Shown: one piece after another, positions 1-10,331 of the stretch
Layout: every line of letters starts with the position of its first letter
Numbering within the stretch: the first letter of the stretch is position 1
NCBI GenBank assembly: GCA_965232515.1
Contig: CBDDPY010000002.1
Location: 3,680,001 to 3,744,000, forward strand
Direction of reading: 5' to 3'
Source of the DNA: Alphaproteobacteria bacterium
GTDB taxonomy: Bacteria > Pseudomonadota > Alphaproteobacteria > GCA-2731375
Length of the DNA stretch: 64,000 nt
Program-made: the position numbers and the translations under genes
The notes under the pieces: generated by a model
Databases searched by the model: none
What the model was told of the DNA's origin: nothing
What the model saw: only the letters and a program-made list of their open reading frames with translations

Positions 1-316
1 GCCGGGCGAGAGCCTGGAGGAAGCCGTGCGCCGCGAGGTCATGGAAGAGGCCGGCGTGCCTGTCGGCGAGGTGCGCTACCACTCCTCGCAACCCTGGCCC
101 TTCGTCTCGAACCTGATGATCGGCTGCTACGCTTACGCCGAATCCCGCGAGATCACCCTCGACCCGCACGAGCTGGAGGAGGCCCGCTGGTTCACCCGGC
201 CCGAGATCGCCGACATGGTCGCGAACGCCGGCCCGGACGAGTCGCTCCTGCGCATGCCCCCGCCACTGTCGATCGCCCACCAGCTCGCCAAGGCCTGGCT
301 GCAGGAAACCGCCTGA
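1..316 (+). CDS. nudC: NAD(+)/NADH pyrophosphatase, 3' part (truncated by window start)
   Basis: End of Nudix box (..GESLEEAVRREVMEEAG) followed by the NudC signature SQPWPF and C-terminal PPPLSIAHQL. Confidence 0.9.
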   Translation, partial: PGESLEEAVRREVMEEAGVPVGEVRYHSSQPWPFVSNLMIGCYAYAESREITLDPHELEEARWFTRPEIADMVANAGPDESLLRMPPPLSIAHQLAKAWLQETA

Positions 317-333
317 GGCCGCGTGATGTGTCC

Positions 334-422
334 CTGGATCGCCGGGTCAAGCCCGGCGATGACGATAAGATATTGATATCAATAAGACTTCCGTCATGGC
401 CGGGCTTGACCCGGCCATCCAG
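334..422. repeat. CGTC-type REP-like palindromic repeat, inverted dimer
   Basis: CTGGATCGCCGGGTCAAGCCCGGCGATGACG (334-364) and CGTCATGGCCGGGCTTGACCCGGCCATCCAG (392-422) are inverted copies, each a hairpin itself; AT-rich spacer; lies between convergent genes. Confidence 0.85.
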
Positions 423-447
423 ACGGCGGCACGGCGGTGCCGGACGT

Positions 448-1356
448 TCAGCGGAAATTCAAGAGCAAGATAATCCCCGCGACGATCAGCAGGATGCCGC
501 CGATCTCGCTGGCGCTGGAGCGTTCGCGGAACACGAAATACGAGACCAGGAAGGTGAAGACCAGCTCGATCTGGCCCAGCGTGCGCACATAGGCGGCGTT
601 CTGCATGGTCATGGCCGTGAACCAGCCGATCGAGCCCAGCACCGCGGTCACGCCGACCAGCCCCGACCGCCGCCAGGTCGACAGCACCAGCGGCAGCTGC
701 GGCCGCTCCCGCCAGATCATGTAGGCGCCCATGATCGCGGTTTGCAGGCCGATCACCCAGAGCAGCGTATAGGCCGCCGCGATCCAGGCTCCGACATCGC
801 CCAGTGACAGCGCGGCGGCGCGGATCGAGACCGCGGTCACGCCGAAAAAGGCGCCGGACAGCAGGCCGATCATCGCCGCCCGCTCGGTCCAGGCCGTGAA
901 CAGCCGGGTCCAGCCGGTCTGGCTCTTGACGATCGACAGCACCATCACGCCGACCATGCTGACGATGATGGCGAACAGGCCGCCGACGCTCACCGGCTCG
1001 GCCAGGATGACGATGCCGAAGACAGCGGTCTGCACCGACTCGGTCTTGGAATAGGTGGTGCCAACCGCGAAGTTGCGCAGCCCGAACAGATAGATCAGCA
1101 GCGAGGTGGCGATGATCTGGCAGATCCCGCCGAGCAGCGCGAAGCCGAGGAAGGTCGGGTTGACCGGCGGCAGCGTCATGCCGGCAAAGGCCACCAGGCC
1201 GACCACGTAGACCACCGCGACCGGCAGGCCATAGAAGAACCGCGTGAAGGTCGCGGCATTGGTGCTGAGGTCGGCCTTCAGCTGTTTCTGGATCGCCGTG
1301 CGCACGCACTGCAGGAACGCCGCCGCGATGGTGATGGGGATCCAGAGTTCGGTCAT
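448..1356 (-). CDS. EamA/DMT family inner-membrane transporter
   Basis: 302 aa, about 10 hydrophobic helices in two repeats; GIVILAEP and FVFRER motifs typical of EamA repeats. Confidence 0.85.
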   Translation of the reverse strand: MTELWIPITIAAAFLQCVRTAIQKQLKADLSTNAATFTRFFYGLPVAVVYVVGLVAFAGMTLPPVNPTFLGFALLGGICQIIATSLLIYLFGLRNFAVGTTYSKTESVQTAVFGIVILAEPVSVGGLFAIIVSMVGVMVLSIVKSQTGWTRLFTAWTERAAMIGLLSGAFFGVTAVSIRAAALSLGDVGAWIAAAYTLLWVIGLQTAIMGAYMIWRERPQLPLVLSTWRRSGLVGVTAVLGSIGWFTAMTMQNAAYVRTLGQIELVFTFLVSYFVFRERSSASEIGGILLIVAGIILLLNFR

Positions 1357-1468
1357 GTCGCCACGCCGGCGGCGGAGTCCCGCTGCCGGCCTTCAGTGTC
1401 GCTTAAGCAAGACCGAATGCTCTACGTTGTCGGATGCCGCAAGACAAGTTAGATAATGTCGATACTCC

Positions 1469-1483
1469 ATTAGCTCATCTAAT
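1469..1483. promoter_or_regulatory. Candidate LysR (GcvA-type) binding site ATTAG-N5-CTAAT
   Basis: Dyad ATTAGCTCATCTAAT between the divergent EamA and LysR genes. Confidence 0.6.
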
Positions 1484-1492
1484 ACACAGCTT

Positions 1493-2383
1493 ATGACCCG
1501 TCGCCTTCCGCCGTTGACCGCCCTACGCGCTTTCGAGGCCACGGCCCGGCATTTGAGCGTGTCGGACGCCGCCCGCGAGCTGCACGTGACACAGTCGGCG
1601 GTCAGTCAGCAGGTGCGGGCGCTGGAGTCGCATCTGGGCCTGTCGCTTTTCCGGCGCGCGGGTGGGCGGCTGCATCTGACGCCGGCCGGCCGGGACTTCT
1701 ATCCGGCCCTGCAATCGGCCTTCGACAGCATCGACGCCGCGGCGGCCCGGCTGACGGCGACGCGGGCCGCCGGCGCGCTGGCGGTCAGCCTCTTGCCCAC
1801 CTTCGCCGTGCGCTGGCTGATCCCCCGGCTCGGCCGGTTTCAGGACCGGCACCCCGAGATCGAGGTCCGCCTGATCGCGACCGTCAAGCTCGCCGACTTC
1901 ACGACCGACGACGTCGACGTGGCGATCCGCTACGGCGCCGGCCGCTGGCCCGGTCTCCGCGCCGACATGCTGATGGCCGAAGACATGTTCCCGGTCAGCG
2001 CGCCCGACCTGACGCTGGCCAATCCGGCCGACCTCGCCCGCCACACGCTGCTGCAGGTCGACGCCGACCCGCGCCGCGACGACTGGCAGCGCTGGCTCGC
2101 CGCCGCCGGCACCGCGGACCTGCAACCGGCCGGCCTCATGCGCTTCGACAGCTCGGCCCAGGCGCTGGAAGCCGCCGCCGCCGGCCTCGGCCTGGCGCTG
2201 GCGCACCGGCCGTTCGTCGTCGACGACCTGGCCCACGGCCGGCTCGTGGCGCCGTTCGACATCACCGTGCCGGCCCAGGACGCCTATTATCTGGTCTATC
2301 CCGCCGACACCGCCGACCTGCCCCGCATCGCCGCCTTCCGCGACTGGCTGATGGCGGAAGCGGCGCCGCCGGCCGCCGGCTAA
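1493..2383 (+). CDS. LysR family regulator, GcvA/AmpR-like
   Basis: RLPPLTALRAFEATARHLS..AARELHVTQSAVSQQVR HTH; WLIPRL and DVAIRYG motifs. Confidence 0.9.
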   Translation: MTRRLPPLTALRAFEATARHLSVSDAARELHVTQSAVSQQVRALESHLGLSLFRRAGGRLHLTPAGRDFYPALQSAFDSIDAAAARLTATRAAGALAVSLLPTFAVRWLIPRLGRFQDRHPEIEVRLIATVKLADFTTDDVDVAIRYGAGRWPGLRADMLMAEDMFPVSAPDLTLANPADLARHTLLQVDADPRRDDWQRWLAAAGTADLQPAGLMRFDSSAQALEAAAAGLGLALAHRPFVVDDLAHGRLVAPFDITVPAQDAYYLVYPADTADLPRIAAFRDWLMAEAAPPAAG

Positions 2384-2483
2384 CGCAATTCACGCATGAC
2401 AATTGCGCCGAACAAGACGTCTAATGCCGCTCGTTTGCCCACCGACCGGGGGCCGCGATCAGGAAACGAAGGAATTTACAGTA

Positions 2484-3248
2484 ATGCAGGCACTTGAAGG
2501 CCGGGCCGCCGTTGTGACCGGCGCCAGCCGCGGTATCGGCGCCGCCACGGCGCATGAACTGGCGAAACATGGCGTCGCGGTGGTGCTCGCCGCCCGCGGC
2601 CTCGGTGAGATCGAAGCGGTGGCGGGAACGATTCGCGGCGCCGGCGGCAGGGCCGAGGCCATGGCCTGCGACGTCAGCCGCTATGACGATGTCACCGCCC
2701 TGATCGAACGCTGCCGGAGCGCCTTCGGCCGGCTGGACATTCTGGTCAACAACGCCGGCGTCATCGAGCCGATCGCGCGGCTCGCCGACTCCGATCCCGA
2801 GCACTGGGACCGGATCGTCGACATCAATTACAAGGGCGTCTACCACGGCCTGCGGGCGGCGATCCCGGTGATGCTGGAACAGGGCGCGGGCATCATCATC
2901 AATATCAGCTCCGGCGCCGCCACCAGCGCCATGGAAGGCTGGAGCCATTACTGCTCGACCAAGGCCGCGGTGCTGTCGCTGACCCGCTGCGCCCACAAGG
3001 AATATGCCGACCAGGGCATCCGCGTCGTCGGCCTGAGCCCGGGCACCGTCGACACCGGCATGCAGGTCGCGATCCGGGCCTCAGGCATCAACCCGGTCAG
3101 CCAGCTCGATCCGTCGGTCCACATTCCGACCGAATGGGCCGCCCGCGCCGTCGCCTGGCTCTGCACCGAGGACGCGGCCGAGTTCGCCGGCGACGATTTT
3201 TCGCTCAAATCAGAAGACGGCCGCCGACGTGTCGGCCTGCCGACCTGA
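2484..3248 (+). CDS. Short-chain dehydrogenase/reductase
   Basis: TGASRGIG, NNAG, YCSTK catalytic motif; start moved to ATG 2484 after an AAGGA RBS. Confidence 0.9.
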   Translation: MQALEGRAAVVTGASRGIGAATAHELAKHGVAVVLAARGLGEIEAVAGTIRGAGGRAEAMACDVSRYDDVTALIERCRSAFGRLDILVNNAGVIEPIARLADSDPEHWDRIVDINYKGVYHGLRAAIPVMLEQGAGIIINISSGAATSAMEGWSHYCSTKAAVLSLTRCAHKEYADQGIRVVGLSPGTVDTGMQVAIRASGINPVSQLDPSVHIPTEWAARAVAWLCTEDAAEFAGDDFSLKSEDGRRRVGLPT

Positions 3249-3254
3249 CGCGCG

Positions 3255-4115
3255 TCAGCTTTCGTAGCGCGAGGGGTGCTGGGGATAGGTGCCGAGCGTC
3301 TTGAACTTGGTGCAGAAGAACTGGATCTCCTCGAAGGCCAACTGCACGCGGCGCTCGTCGGGATGGCCCTCGATATCGGCGTAGAACTGCGCCACCTCGA
3401 ACGAGCCGCCCTCCATATAGCTTTCCAGCTTGGTCATGTTGACGCCGTTGGTGGCGAAACCGCCCAGCGCCTTGTAGAGCGCCGCCGGCACGCTGCGCAC
3501 GCCAAAGAAGAACGTCGTCATCACCGGCCCGTCCTTGACATGCGGCGTTATGCGCTCGCGCGCCATGATCAGGAACCGGGTGACGTTGTTGTTCACGTCC
3601 TGCACGTCCTCGCGCAGGGTCTCGAGGCCATAGGTCTCGGCCGCCAGCGACGAGCCGATGGCGGCAACCGTGGGATCGCCCAGCTCGGCGACCATCTGGC
3701 TGGCGCCCGCGGTATCGGCATGCACCACCGCCTTGACGCCGAGCTCGCGGATCAGCCGGCGGCACTGCGACAGCGCGTGCACGTGGCTGTGTATCTCGCG
3801 CAAGCCATCCAGTTTGGCGTCCTTCGGCGCCAGCAGCCGGTGGTTCACGGTCTGGAAATGCTCGCCGATGATATGCAGGTCCGAGCGCGGCAGCAGGTGG
3901 TGGATATCGGCCACGCGCCCGGCGACCGAGTTCTCGATCGGGATCATGCCGCGCGAAGCCCGGCCTTCCGACACCGCCGCGAACGCATCCTCGAAGGTCT
4001 CGCACGGCAGCGGCGTCATATGCGACAGCGCCTCGCGACAGGCGAGGTGCGAATAGGCCCCGACGATGCCCTGGAAGGCGACGGTGTTTTTCGGATCGGA
4101 CGATGTTTCAGCCAT
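3255..4115 (-). CDS. pheA: Prephenate dehydratase
   Basis: AFQG..GAYSH, PIENS, NVTRF, TKLES motifs plus ACT domain. Confidence 0.95.
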   Translation of the reverse strand: MAETSSDPKNTVAFQGIVGAYSHLACREALSHMTPLPCETFEDAFAAVSEGRASRGMIPIENSVAGRVADIHHLLPRSDLHIIGEHFQTVNHRLLAPKDAKLDGLREIHSHVHALSQCRRLIRELGVKAVVHADTAGASQMVAELGDPTVAAIGSSLAAETYGLETLREDVQDVNNNVTRFLIMARERITPHVKDGPVMTTFFFGVRSVPAALYKALGGFATNGVNMTKLESYMEGGSFEVAQFYADIEGHPDERRVQLAFEEIQFFCTKFKTLGTYPQHPSRYES

Positions 4116-4166
4116 GACGGTTTTCCGCGCCGCGGGCGCTCGCTTCTATTCTGTTGCCGGAGACTC

Positions 4167-4913
4167 TTAGCGGCCGGCCAGTATGCGCCGGGCGCGCTCG
4201 AGGTCGGCCGGAGTATCGACACCGAAGGGGACGGAGTCAACGAGCGCCACGTCGATGCGCATGCCGGCCTCCAGCGCGCGCAACTGTTCCAGCTTCTCAC
4301 GCCGTTCGAGATGCCCCGGTGGCAGCGCGATAAACCGCTCCAGCGCCGCGCGCCGATAGGCGTAGATGCCGAAATGATGAAAGTGCGGGCCGTCGCCGCT
4401 GGGCGCCAGGACGCGGGTGAAATACAGTGCCCGCCCTGTCCGGCTGCCCGGCGGCAGCGACACCACGGCCTTGACCACGTTCGGCGCCGTTCGCTCATAG
4501 TCCTCGGTTATCGCCGCCATCAACGTCGCGATATCGACGTCAGGCGTTTCCAGCGGGGCCAGCACGCTCTTCAGATAGGCCGGATCGATGGTCGGCAGGT
4601 CGCCCTGCAGGTTGATCACGGCGTCATGGTCGCCGGCCGGGTCGACCTTCTGCACGGCCTCGTACACACGGTCCGAGCCCGTGGCATGGTCCGGATCGGT
4701 CAGCACCGCGTCGCCGCCCGCGGCCTCCACCGCCGCCGCGATCTCGGCTTCCGCGCAAGCCACCAGCACCGGGCCGACGGCGGCCTCGACCGCCCGCCGC
4801 CAGACCTGCACGATCATCGGCTCGCCGGCGATCTCGGCCAGCGGCTTGCCCGGCAGACGCGTCGATGTCATACGCGCGGGGATCACGATTAACGGTCTGT
4901 CAGGACCACGCAT
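4167..4913 (-). CDS. kdsB: 3-deoxy-manno-octulosonate cytidylyltransferase
   Basis: [34 protein letters not shown] motifs. Confidence 0.95.
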   Translation of the reverse strand: MRGPDRPLIVIPARMTSTRLPGKPLAEIAGEPMIVQVWRRAVEAAVGPVLVACAEAEIAAAVEAAGGDAVLTDPDHATGSDRVYEAVQKVDPAGDHDAVINLQGDLPTIDPAYLKSVLAPLETPDVDIATLMAAITEDYERTAPNVVKAVVSLPPGSRTGRALYFTRVLAPSGDGPHFHHFGIYAYRRAALERFIALPPGHLERREKLEQLRALEAGMRIDVALVDSVPFGVDTPADLERARRILAGR

Positions 4914-5101
4914 GCCCTATTCCGGTTCTGTTGCTGCGACGCCGTGCCGCATCCCGCTTCCGCGGCCGCCGGCTAGTATCCGGCGCCAGCATGGTGGGGG
5001 TCTGCGAACTGGCACGGCCAAAGCAGCGGTGTTATACGGGTTGCGGCCAATACGGGGAAGCCGTTAGGGTGCCGGCGCGGTGAATCGAGGACCGGAAAGC
5101 A

Positions 5102-5641
5102 ATGGATTCGTTTGAGCTCAACAAAATCGCGGGCGCCATCCTGGGCGCGGGCCTCCTGCTCATGGTGATCAACGAAATCGGCAACATCCTGGTGCATCCG
5201 GTCACCGACGTGTCGGTGTTGGGTATCGAAACCGAAGGCGCGGATACGGCCGTGGCCGCCGCGGCGCCGGCCGAGGAGACCGAGCCGCTGCCGGTGCTGC
5301 TGGCCGCCGGCGACGCCGAGAGCGGCGCCAAGGTGGCGCGCAAGTGCACGGCCTGCCACACCTTCGATCAGGGCGGCGCCAACAAGGTCGGTCCGAACCT
5401 GTGGGGGGTTATCGGCCGGACCAAAGGCGCGGTCGACGGCTTCGGCTATTCCTCGGCCATGGCCGATCATGGCGGGGACTGGGGCTATCAGGAAATGTTC
5501 GATTTCCTGACCAAGCCCAAGGATTACCTGCCGGGCACCAAGATGGCCTTCGCCGGCCTGCGCAAGCCCGCCGACGTCGCCGACATCATCGCCTATATGC
5601 GCGAAAACGCCGATTCCCCGCCGCCGTTGCCGACGGAGTAA
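5102..5641 (+). CDS. cycM: Membrane-anchored cytochrome c (CycM/cytochrome c-y type)
   Basis: MDSFELNKIAGA N-terminal anchor, CTACH haem motif, GPNL and PGTKMAF. Confidence 0.85.
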   Translation: MDSFELNKIAGAILGAGLLLMVINEIGNILVHPVTDVSVLGIETEGADTAVAAAAPAEETEPLPVLLAAGDAESGAKVARKCTACHTFDQGGANKVGPNLWGVIGRTKGAVDGFGYSSAMADHGGDWGYQEMFDFLTKPKDYLPGTKMAFAGLRKPADVADIIAYMRENADSPPPLPTE

Positions 5642-5654
5642 GGTTCAAACCGGC

Positions 5655-6437
5655 ATGAGCGCCGCCTGCCCGCCCGACCTGGTCGATCTGGCGGGCCGGC
5701 TTGCCGATGCCGCCGCTGATATCGTTCGCCCGCGCTTCCGCGTTCCCATTACCGTCGACATCAAGTCCGACGCCAGTCCCGTGACCGAGGCCGACCGCGA
5801 GGCGGAGCTGGCCATGCGGCATCTGATCGAGGCCGAACGCCCCGATCACGGCGTCCAGGGCGAGGAATTCGGGCATCGCGACGGCGATGGCGAGTGGCAC
5901 TGGATCCTCGATCCGATCGACGGCACCAAATCCTTCGTCACCGGCTCGACCATGTTCGGCACGCTGATCGCGCTGACCCATCGAAACGAACCGGCGCTGG
6001 GCCTGATCGACCAGCCGATCACTAACGAACGCTGGCTGGCGCACGGCGACGCGCCGACCACGCTGAACGGAAATCCCGTACGCGGCCGCGCCTGCGGCCG
6101 TCTCGGCGACGCCGTGGTCTTCACCTCGGGCCTGGAGTATTTCCGCAGCGACGACAAGCGCGCCGCCTTCGACCGGTTGTATGACGCGACGCGTTTCACC
6201 CGCTTCAGCGGCGATTGCTACGCGGTCGGCCTGCTGGCCATGGGTTTCGTCGACATCGTCATCGAAGGCGCCATGCACGTGCACGATTTCGCCGCCCTGG
6301 TGCCCATCGTCGAGAATGCCGGCGGCCGCATCAGCGACTGGCAGGGCCGGCCGCTCGACATGCAGAGCCAAAGCGAGGTCATCGCCGTCGGCGACCCGGC
6401 GCTTCACGAAGCCGTCATCAATGTGTTGGCGGGATAG
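5655..6437 (+). CDS. hisN: Histidinol-phosphate phosphatase (inositol monophosphatase family)
   Basis: KSDASPVTEAD, GEEFG, DPIDGTKSF and GDCY motifs. Confidence 0.8.
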   Translation: MSAACPPDLVDLAGRLADAAADIVRPRFRVPITVDIKSDASPVTEADREAELAMRHLIEAERPDHGVQGEEFGHRDGDGEWHWILDPIDGTKSFVTGSTMFGTLIALTHRNEPALGLIDQPITNERWLAHGDAPTTLNGNPVRGRACGRLGDAVVFTSGLEYFRSDDKRAAFDRLYDATRFTRFSGDCYAVGLLAMGFVDIVIEGAMHVHDFAALVPIVENAGGRISDWQGRPLDMQSQSEVIAVGDPALHEAVINVLAG

Positions 6438-6510
6438 GCTCGCGAACCTAAATCCTTTGCACCGGCGGCGTCTGCCGGACATGCTGGTTCAAGCAACCGG
6501 AAGGTCGATC

Positions 6511-8346
6511 ATGAAGCGGCCCGCAATCGCCCTCATCCTGGGACTGTTGTATGCCGGCGGCGCTGTCGCGGCCGACAATATCCGCACCACGCACGCGCTC
6601 TCGTTGTTCGACAGCGTCAAGTACGGTCCCGACTTCAGCCATTTCGAATATGTCAATCCGGACGCGCCGAAGGGCGGTCAGTTGCGGATGGAAGCGATCG
6701 GCACCTTCGATACGCTCAATCCCTTCGTGCTCAAGGGTTCGGCCGCCATCGGCCTAGGCCTGGTCTACGATACGCTGCTGACCTCGTCGCAGGACGAGGC
6801 CTCGACGAGCTACGGCCTGCTGGTCGAGAGCATCGAGCTCCCCGACGACCTGTCCTCAGTCGTCTTCAAGCTGCGCGAGGAGGCCCGCTGGCACGACGGC
6901 AAGCCGATCACGCCGGCCGACGTGATCTTCTCCTTCAACGCATTGAAGGAGAAGGGCGTGCCGCTGTTCCGCTATTACTACGCCAACGTCGTGTCCGCCG
7001 ACGAACTGCCCGGCAACAAGGTCAAATTCAGCTTCAGCGGCGGCGTGAACCGCGAGCTGCCGAGCATCCTCGGCCAGCTGCCGGTGCTGCCGAAGCATTA
7101 CTGGGAAGGCCGCGAATTCGACGCCACGACGCTGGAACCGCCGCTCGGCAGCGGTCCCTACCGCATCGCCGGCTTCGAGGCCGGGCGCGCGATCACCTAC
7201 GAACGCGTGCCGGACTATTGGGGTCGCGACTTGGCCGTCAACAAAGGCCGTCACAACTACGACCGCATCCGCTTCGACTATTACCGCGACCGCACGATCT
7301 CGCTCGAAGCCTTCAAGTCGCACGGCCTCGATTTCCGCAACGAGAACTCGGCCAAGACCTGGGCGACGCAATACGCTTTCCCGGCCGCCAGGGACGGCCG
7401 CGTCATCGTCGAGACGCTGACCGACAACAGTCCGGCCGGTATGCAGGGTTTCGTCTACAACACCCGCCGGCCGAAGTTCCAGGACCCCCGGGTGCGCCAG
7501 GCGTTGGCCCATGCCTTCGACTTCGAATGGTCGAACAAGAACATCTTCTACGATCAGTACATCCGCACCCGAAGCTATTTCGAGAATTCCGAAATGGCCG
7601 CGACCGGCCTGCCAAGCGCGGCGGAGCTGAAATATCTCGAGCCGCTGAAAGGTCAGATCCCCGACGAAGTGTTCACGGCCGAATACCAGCCGCCGGTGAC
7701 GGACGGCTCCGGCAACAACCGCCGCGGCCTGCGGACGGCGAACAAGCTCTTGCAGGACGCCGGCTGGCGCATCACCGACGGCAAGCTGACCAACACCGAG
7801 ACCGGCGAGGTCATGACCATCGAATTCCTGATCACGCAGGCCAACTCCGAACGCACGATCGCGCCCATGATCCGCAACCTGAAGCGTCTCGGCGTCGAGG
7901 CCAACATCCGCCTGATCGACACCTCGCAGTACCGCAACCGGCTCGACCAGTTCGATTTCGACATCGTCACCAGCTGGTTCCGGCAATCGCTGTCGCCGGG
8001 CAACGAGCAGCGCGATTTCTGGGGCAGCGAAACGGCCGACCGGCCGGGCAGCCGCAATCTGATCGGGATCAAGGATCCGGCCATCGACCGGCTGATCGAG
8101 CAGGTGATCGCGGCCCCGAACCGCGATGAGCTGGTCGCCGCGACGCGGGCGCTCGATCGCGTGCTGCAATGGCAGCATTTCATGATTCCGCAGTTCCATC
8201 TGAATAAATACCGCATCGCCTACTGGGACCGCTTCGGCCGGCCCGAGATCAAGCCGAAGTACGGCTTGGGCTTTTCCGATACCTGGTGGATCGACCCGGC
8301 GAAGGACACAGCCATGCAGGCGAAGAAGGCCGCGGCGCGGGAATAA
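6511..8346 (+). CDS. yejA: Peptide ABC transporter substrate-binding protein, YejA-like (copy 1)
   Basis: Signal peptide; [30 protein letters not shown] motifs. Confidence 0.85.
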   Translation: MKRPAIALILGLLYAGGAVAADNIRTTHALSLFDSVKYGPDFSHFEYVNPDAPKGGQLRMEAIGTFDTLNPFVLKGSAAIGLGLVYDTLLTSSQDEASTSYGLLVESIELPDDLSSVVFKLREEARWHDGKPITPADVIFSFNALKEKGVPLFRYYYANVVSADELPGNKVKFSFSGGVNRELPSILGQLPVLPKHYWEGREFDATTLEPPLGSGPYRIAGFEAGRAITYERVPDYWGRDLAVNKGRHNYDRIRFDYYRDRTISLEAFKSHGLDFRNENSAKTWATQYAFPAARDGRVIVETLTDNSPAGMQGFVYNTRRPKFQDPRVRQALAHAFDFEWSNKNIFYDQYIRTRSYFENSEMAATGLPSAAELKYLEPLKGQIPDEVFTAEYQPPVTDGSGNNRRGLRTANKLLQDAGWRITDGKLTNTETGEVMTIEFLITQANSERTIAPMIRNLKRLGVEANIRLIDTSQYRNRLDQFDFDIVTSWFRQSLSPGNEQRDFWGSETADRPGSRNLIGIKDPAIDRLIEQVIAAPNRDELVAATRALDRVLQWQHFMIPQFHLNKYRIAYWDRFGRPEIKPKYGLGFSDTWWIDPAKDTAMQAKKAAARE

Positions 8347-8372
8347 CGCGCCGCCAGACCCCGAGGACCGAC

Positions 8373-10205
8373 ATGCGAACCGCGACCATTCTGCTCACCA
8401 CTCTGTTGGCCCTGATTGCGGTCCCACTGACCGCGGCCCGCGCCGAAAACGGCGGCGTCACAAAGACCTGGGCCATCGCCGAGTTCGGCGAGCCGCTCTA
8501 CCGCGAAAACTTCACCCACTGGCCGTATGTGAATCCGAACGCGCCCAAGGGCGGCCGCGTGGTGCTGGGCGCCTTCGGTTCGTTCGACAGCCTCAATCCC
8601 TACATCCTGCGGGGCGACTGGGTGCGCAGCATCGGCGTGACCACGGATTCGCTGATGACCGGGTCCGGCGACGAGCTGTCGAGTTCCTACGGTCTGATCG
8701 CCGAGACCGTCGAGTATCCGGCCGACAAGAGCTGGATGATCTTCAATCTCAGGCCCGAAGCGCGGTTCCACGACGGCGTGCCGATCACGGCGCACGATTT
8801 CGTCTTCGCCTTCGAGATGATCCAGGAACACGGCCGGCCGTTCCTGCAATCCTTCTATCGCGACGTCGAGGGCGCGGAAGCGCTCGACGACCACCGGCTG
8901 CGCTTTACCTTCAAGACCCGCGACAACATGAAGCCGCTGATGATCGTCGCCGGCACCTCGCCGCTGCCGCGACACTACTGGAAGGACCGCGAATTCAACG
9001 CGACGACGCTGGAGCCGCCGCTCGGCTCCGGCGCCTACCGCATCAAGGACGTCGTGCCCGGCCGTCGCATCACCTACGAGCGCGTGCCCGACTATTGGGC
9101 GGCCGACCTGCCGGTGAACCGCGGTCTGAACAACTTCGACGAAATCCAGTACGAGTACTACCGTGACGACTCCGTCCAGTTCGAGGCCTTCAAGGCCGGC
9201 AAGATCGACTTTCGCCAGGAAAACCGCGCCCAGCGCTGGTCCACGGGCTACGACTTCCCGGCCGTGAACGACGGCCGCGTGATGCGCCGCGCCGTGCCGT
9301 CGGAGACGCCGCGCGGCCTGCAGGGCTATTTCTTCAACATGCGCCGGCCGCACCTCTCGGATGTGCGCGTGCGCCAGGCGATCAGCTATCTCTACGATTT
9401 CGAGACGACGCAACGGCTGCTGCTGTTCGGCCAGTACAGCCGCAGCAAGAGCTTCTTCCCGAACTCAGATTTCGGCGTCAGCGGCCCGCCGACGCCCGAG
9501 GAGATCGCCATCCTCGAGCCGTTCGCCGACCAGTTGCCGCCGTCGGTGATGACCGAAGCCTTCGAGCCGCTGGTCACCAAGGGCGACGGCCGCATCCGCC
9601 AAGGCCTGCGCCAGGCCCAGCGTCTGTTCAAGGCGGCCGGCTGGCAGATCAAGAACGGCAAGCTGACGAACGCCGCCGGCGAGGTCATGCGGGTCGAGAT
9701 CCTGATGGTCTCGCAAGCCCAGGAACGGCTGGCGGCGCCGTTCGTGAAGAACATGCAGCGCGCCGGCATTGACGCCAGCCTGCGCATCATCGACACCGCG
9801 CAACGCGAGGTTCGGCTCGACGATTTCGACTTCGACATGGTCTCGGTCGCGCTCAACTTCTTCCCGCCGCCGGGTCCGGAGCTGCGCTCCTATTTCGGCT
9901 CCGGCGAAGCCCCGGTCCGCGGCTCGGCCAACCTCGCCGGCATTCGGAACCCGGTCGCCGACGCGCTCATCGAGCAGATCATCGCGTCCCGCGACCTCGA
10001 TGCGCTGAAGGCGACGACGCGGGCGCTGGACCGGGTGCTGCTGTCGGAATATGCCGCCGTGCCGCTGTTTCACGCCGACGAGGCCTGGCTCGCCTATTGG
10101 GATTTCTTCGGCTATCCCGAACGCAAGCCCCGCTACGCCGTCGGATTCCCCGGCTCCTGGTGGGTCGACGCGGACAAGTTCGCCGGGCTGCGCGGCAGCA
10201 ATTGA
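8373..10205 (+). CDS. yejA: Peptide ABC transporter substrate-binding protein, YejA-like (copy 2)
   Basis: GAGG RBS, signal peptide; YVNPNAPKGG, PLGSGAY, RALDRVL. Confidence 0.8.
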   Translation: MRTATILLTTLLALIAVPLTAARAENGGVTKTWAIAEFGEPLYRENFTHWPYVNPNAPKGGRVVLGAFGSFDSLNPYILRGDWVRSIGVTTDSLMTGSGDELSSSYGLIAETVEYPADKSWMIFNLRPEARFHDGVPITAHDFVFAFEMIQEHGRPFLQSFYRDVEGAEALDDHRLRFTFKTRDNMKPLMIVAGTSPLPRHYWKDREFNATTLEPPLGSGAYRIKDVVPGRRITYERVPDYWAADLPVNRGLNNFDEIQYEYYRDDSVQFEAFKAGKIDFRQENRAQRWSTGYDFPAVNDGRVMRRAVPSETPRGLQGYFFNMRRPHLSDVRVRQAISYLYDFETTQRLLLFGQYSRSKSFFPNSDFGVSGPPTPEEIAILEPFADQLPPSVMTEAFEPLVTKGDGRIRQGLRQAQRLFKAAGWQIKNGKLTNAAGEVMRVEILMVSQAQERLAAPFVKNMQRAGIDASLRIIDTAQREVRLDDFDFDMVSVALNFFPPPGPELRSYFGSGEAPVRGSANLAGIRNPVADALIEQIIASRDLDALKATTRALDRVLLSEYAAVPLFHADEAWLAYWDFFGYPERKPRYAVGFPGSWWVDADKFAGLRGSN

Positions 10206-10331
10206 CCGGGCGGAACAGCCTCACAATCATGTGTTGCCGCGCCGCCCTATTCACGCCCCATATCGGTGCGAAGTGTCAAATGGCGCAACGCGAACGCTGA
10301 CGCGCACGCGGAAACTGGTATGATCGCGGCA

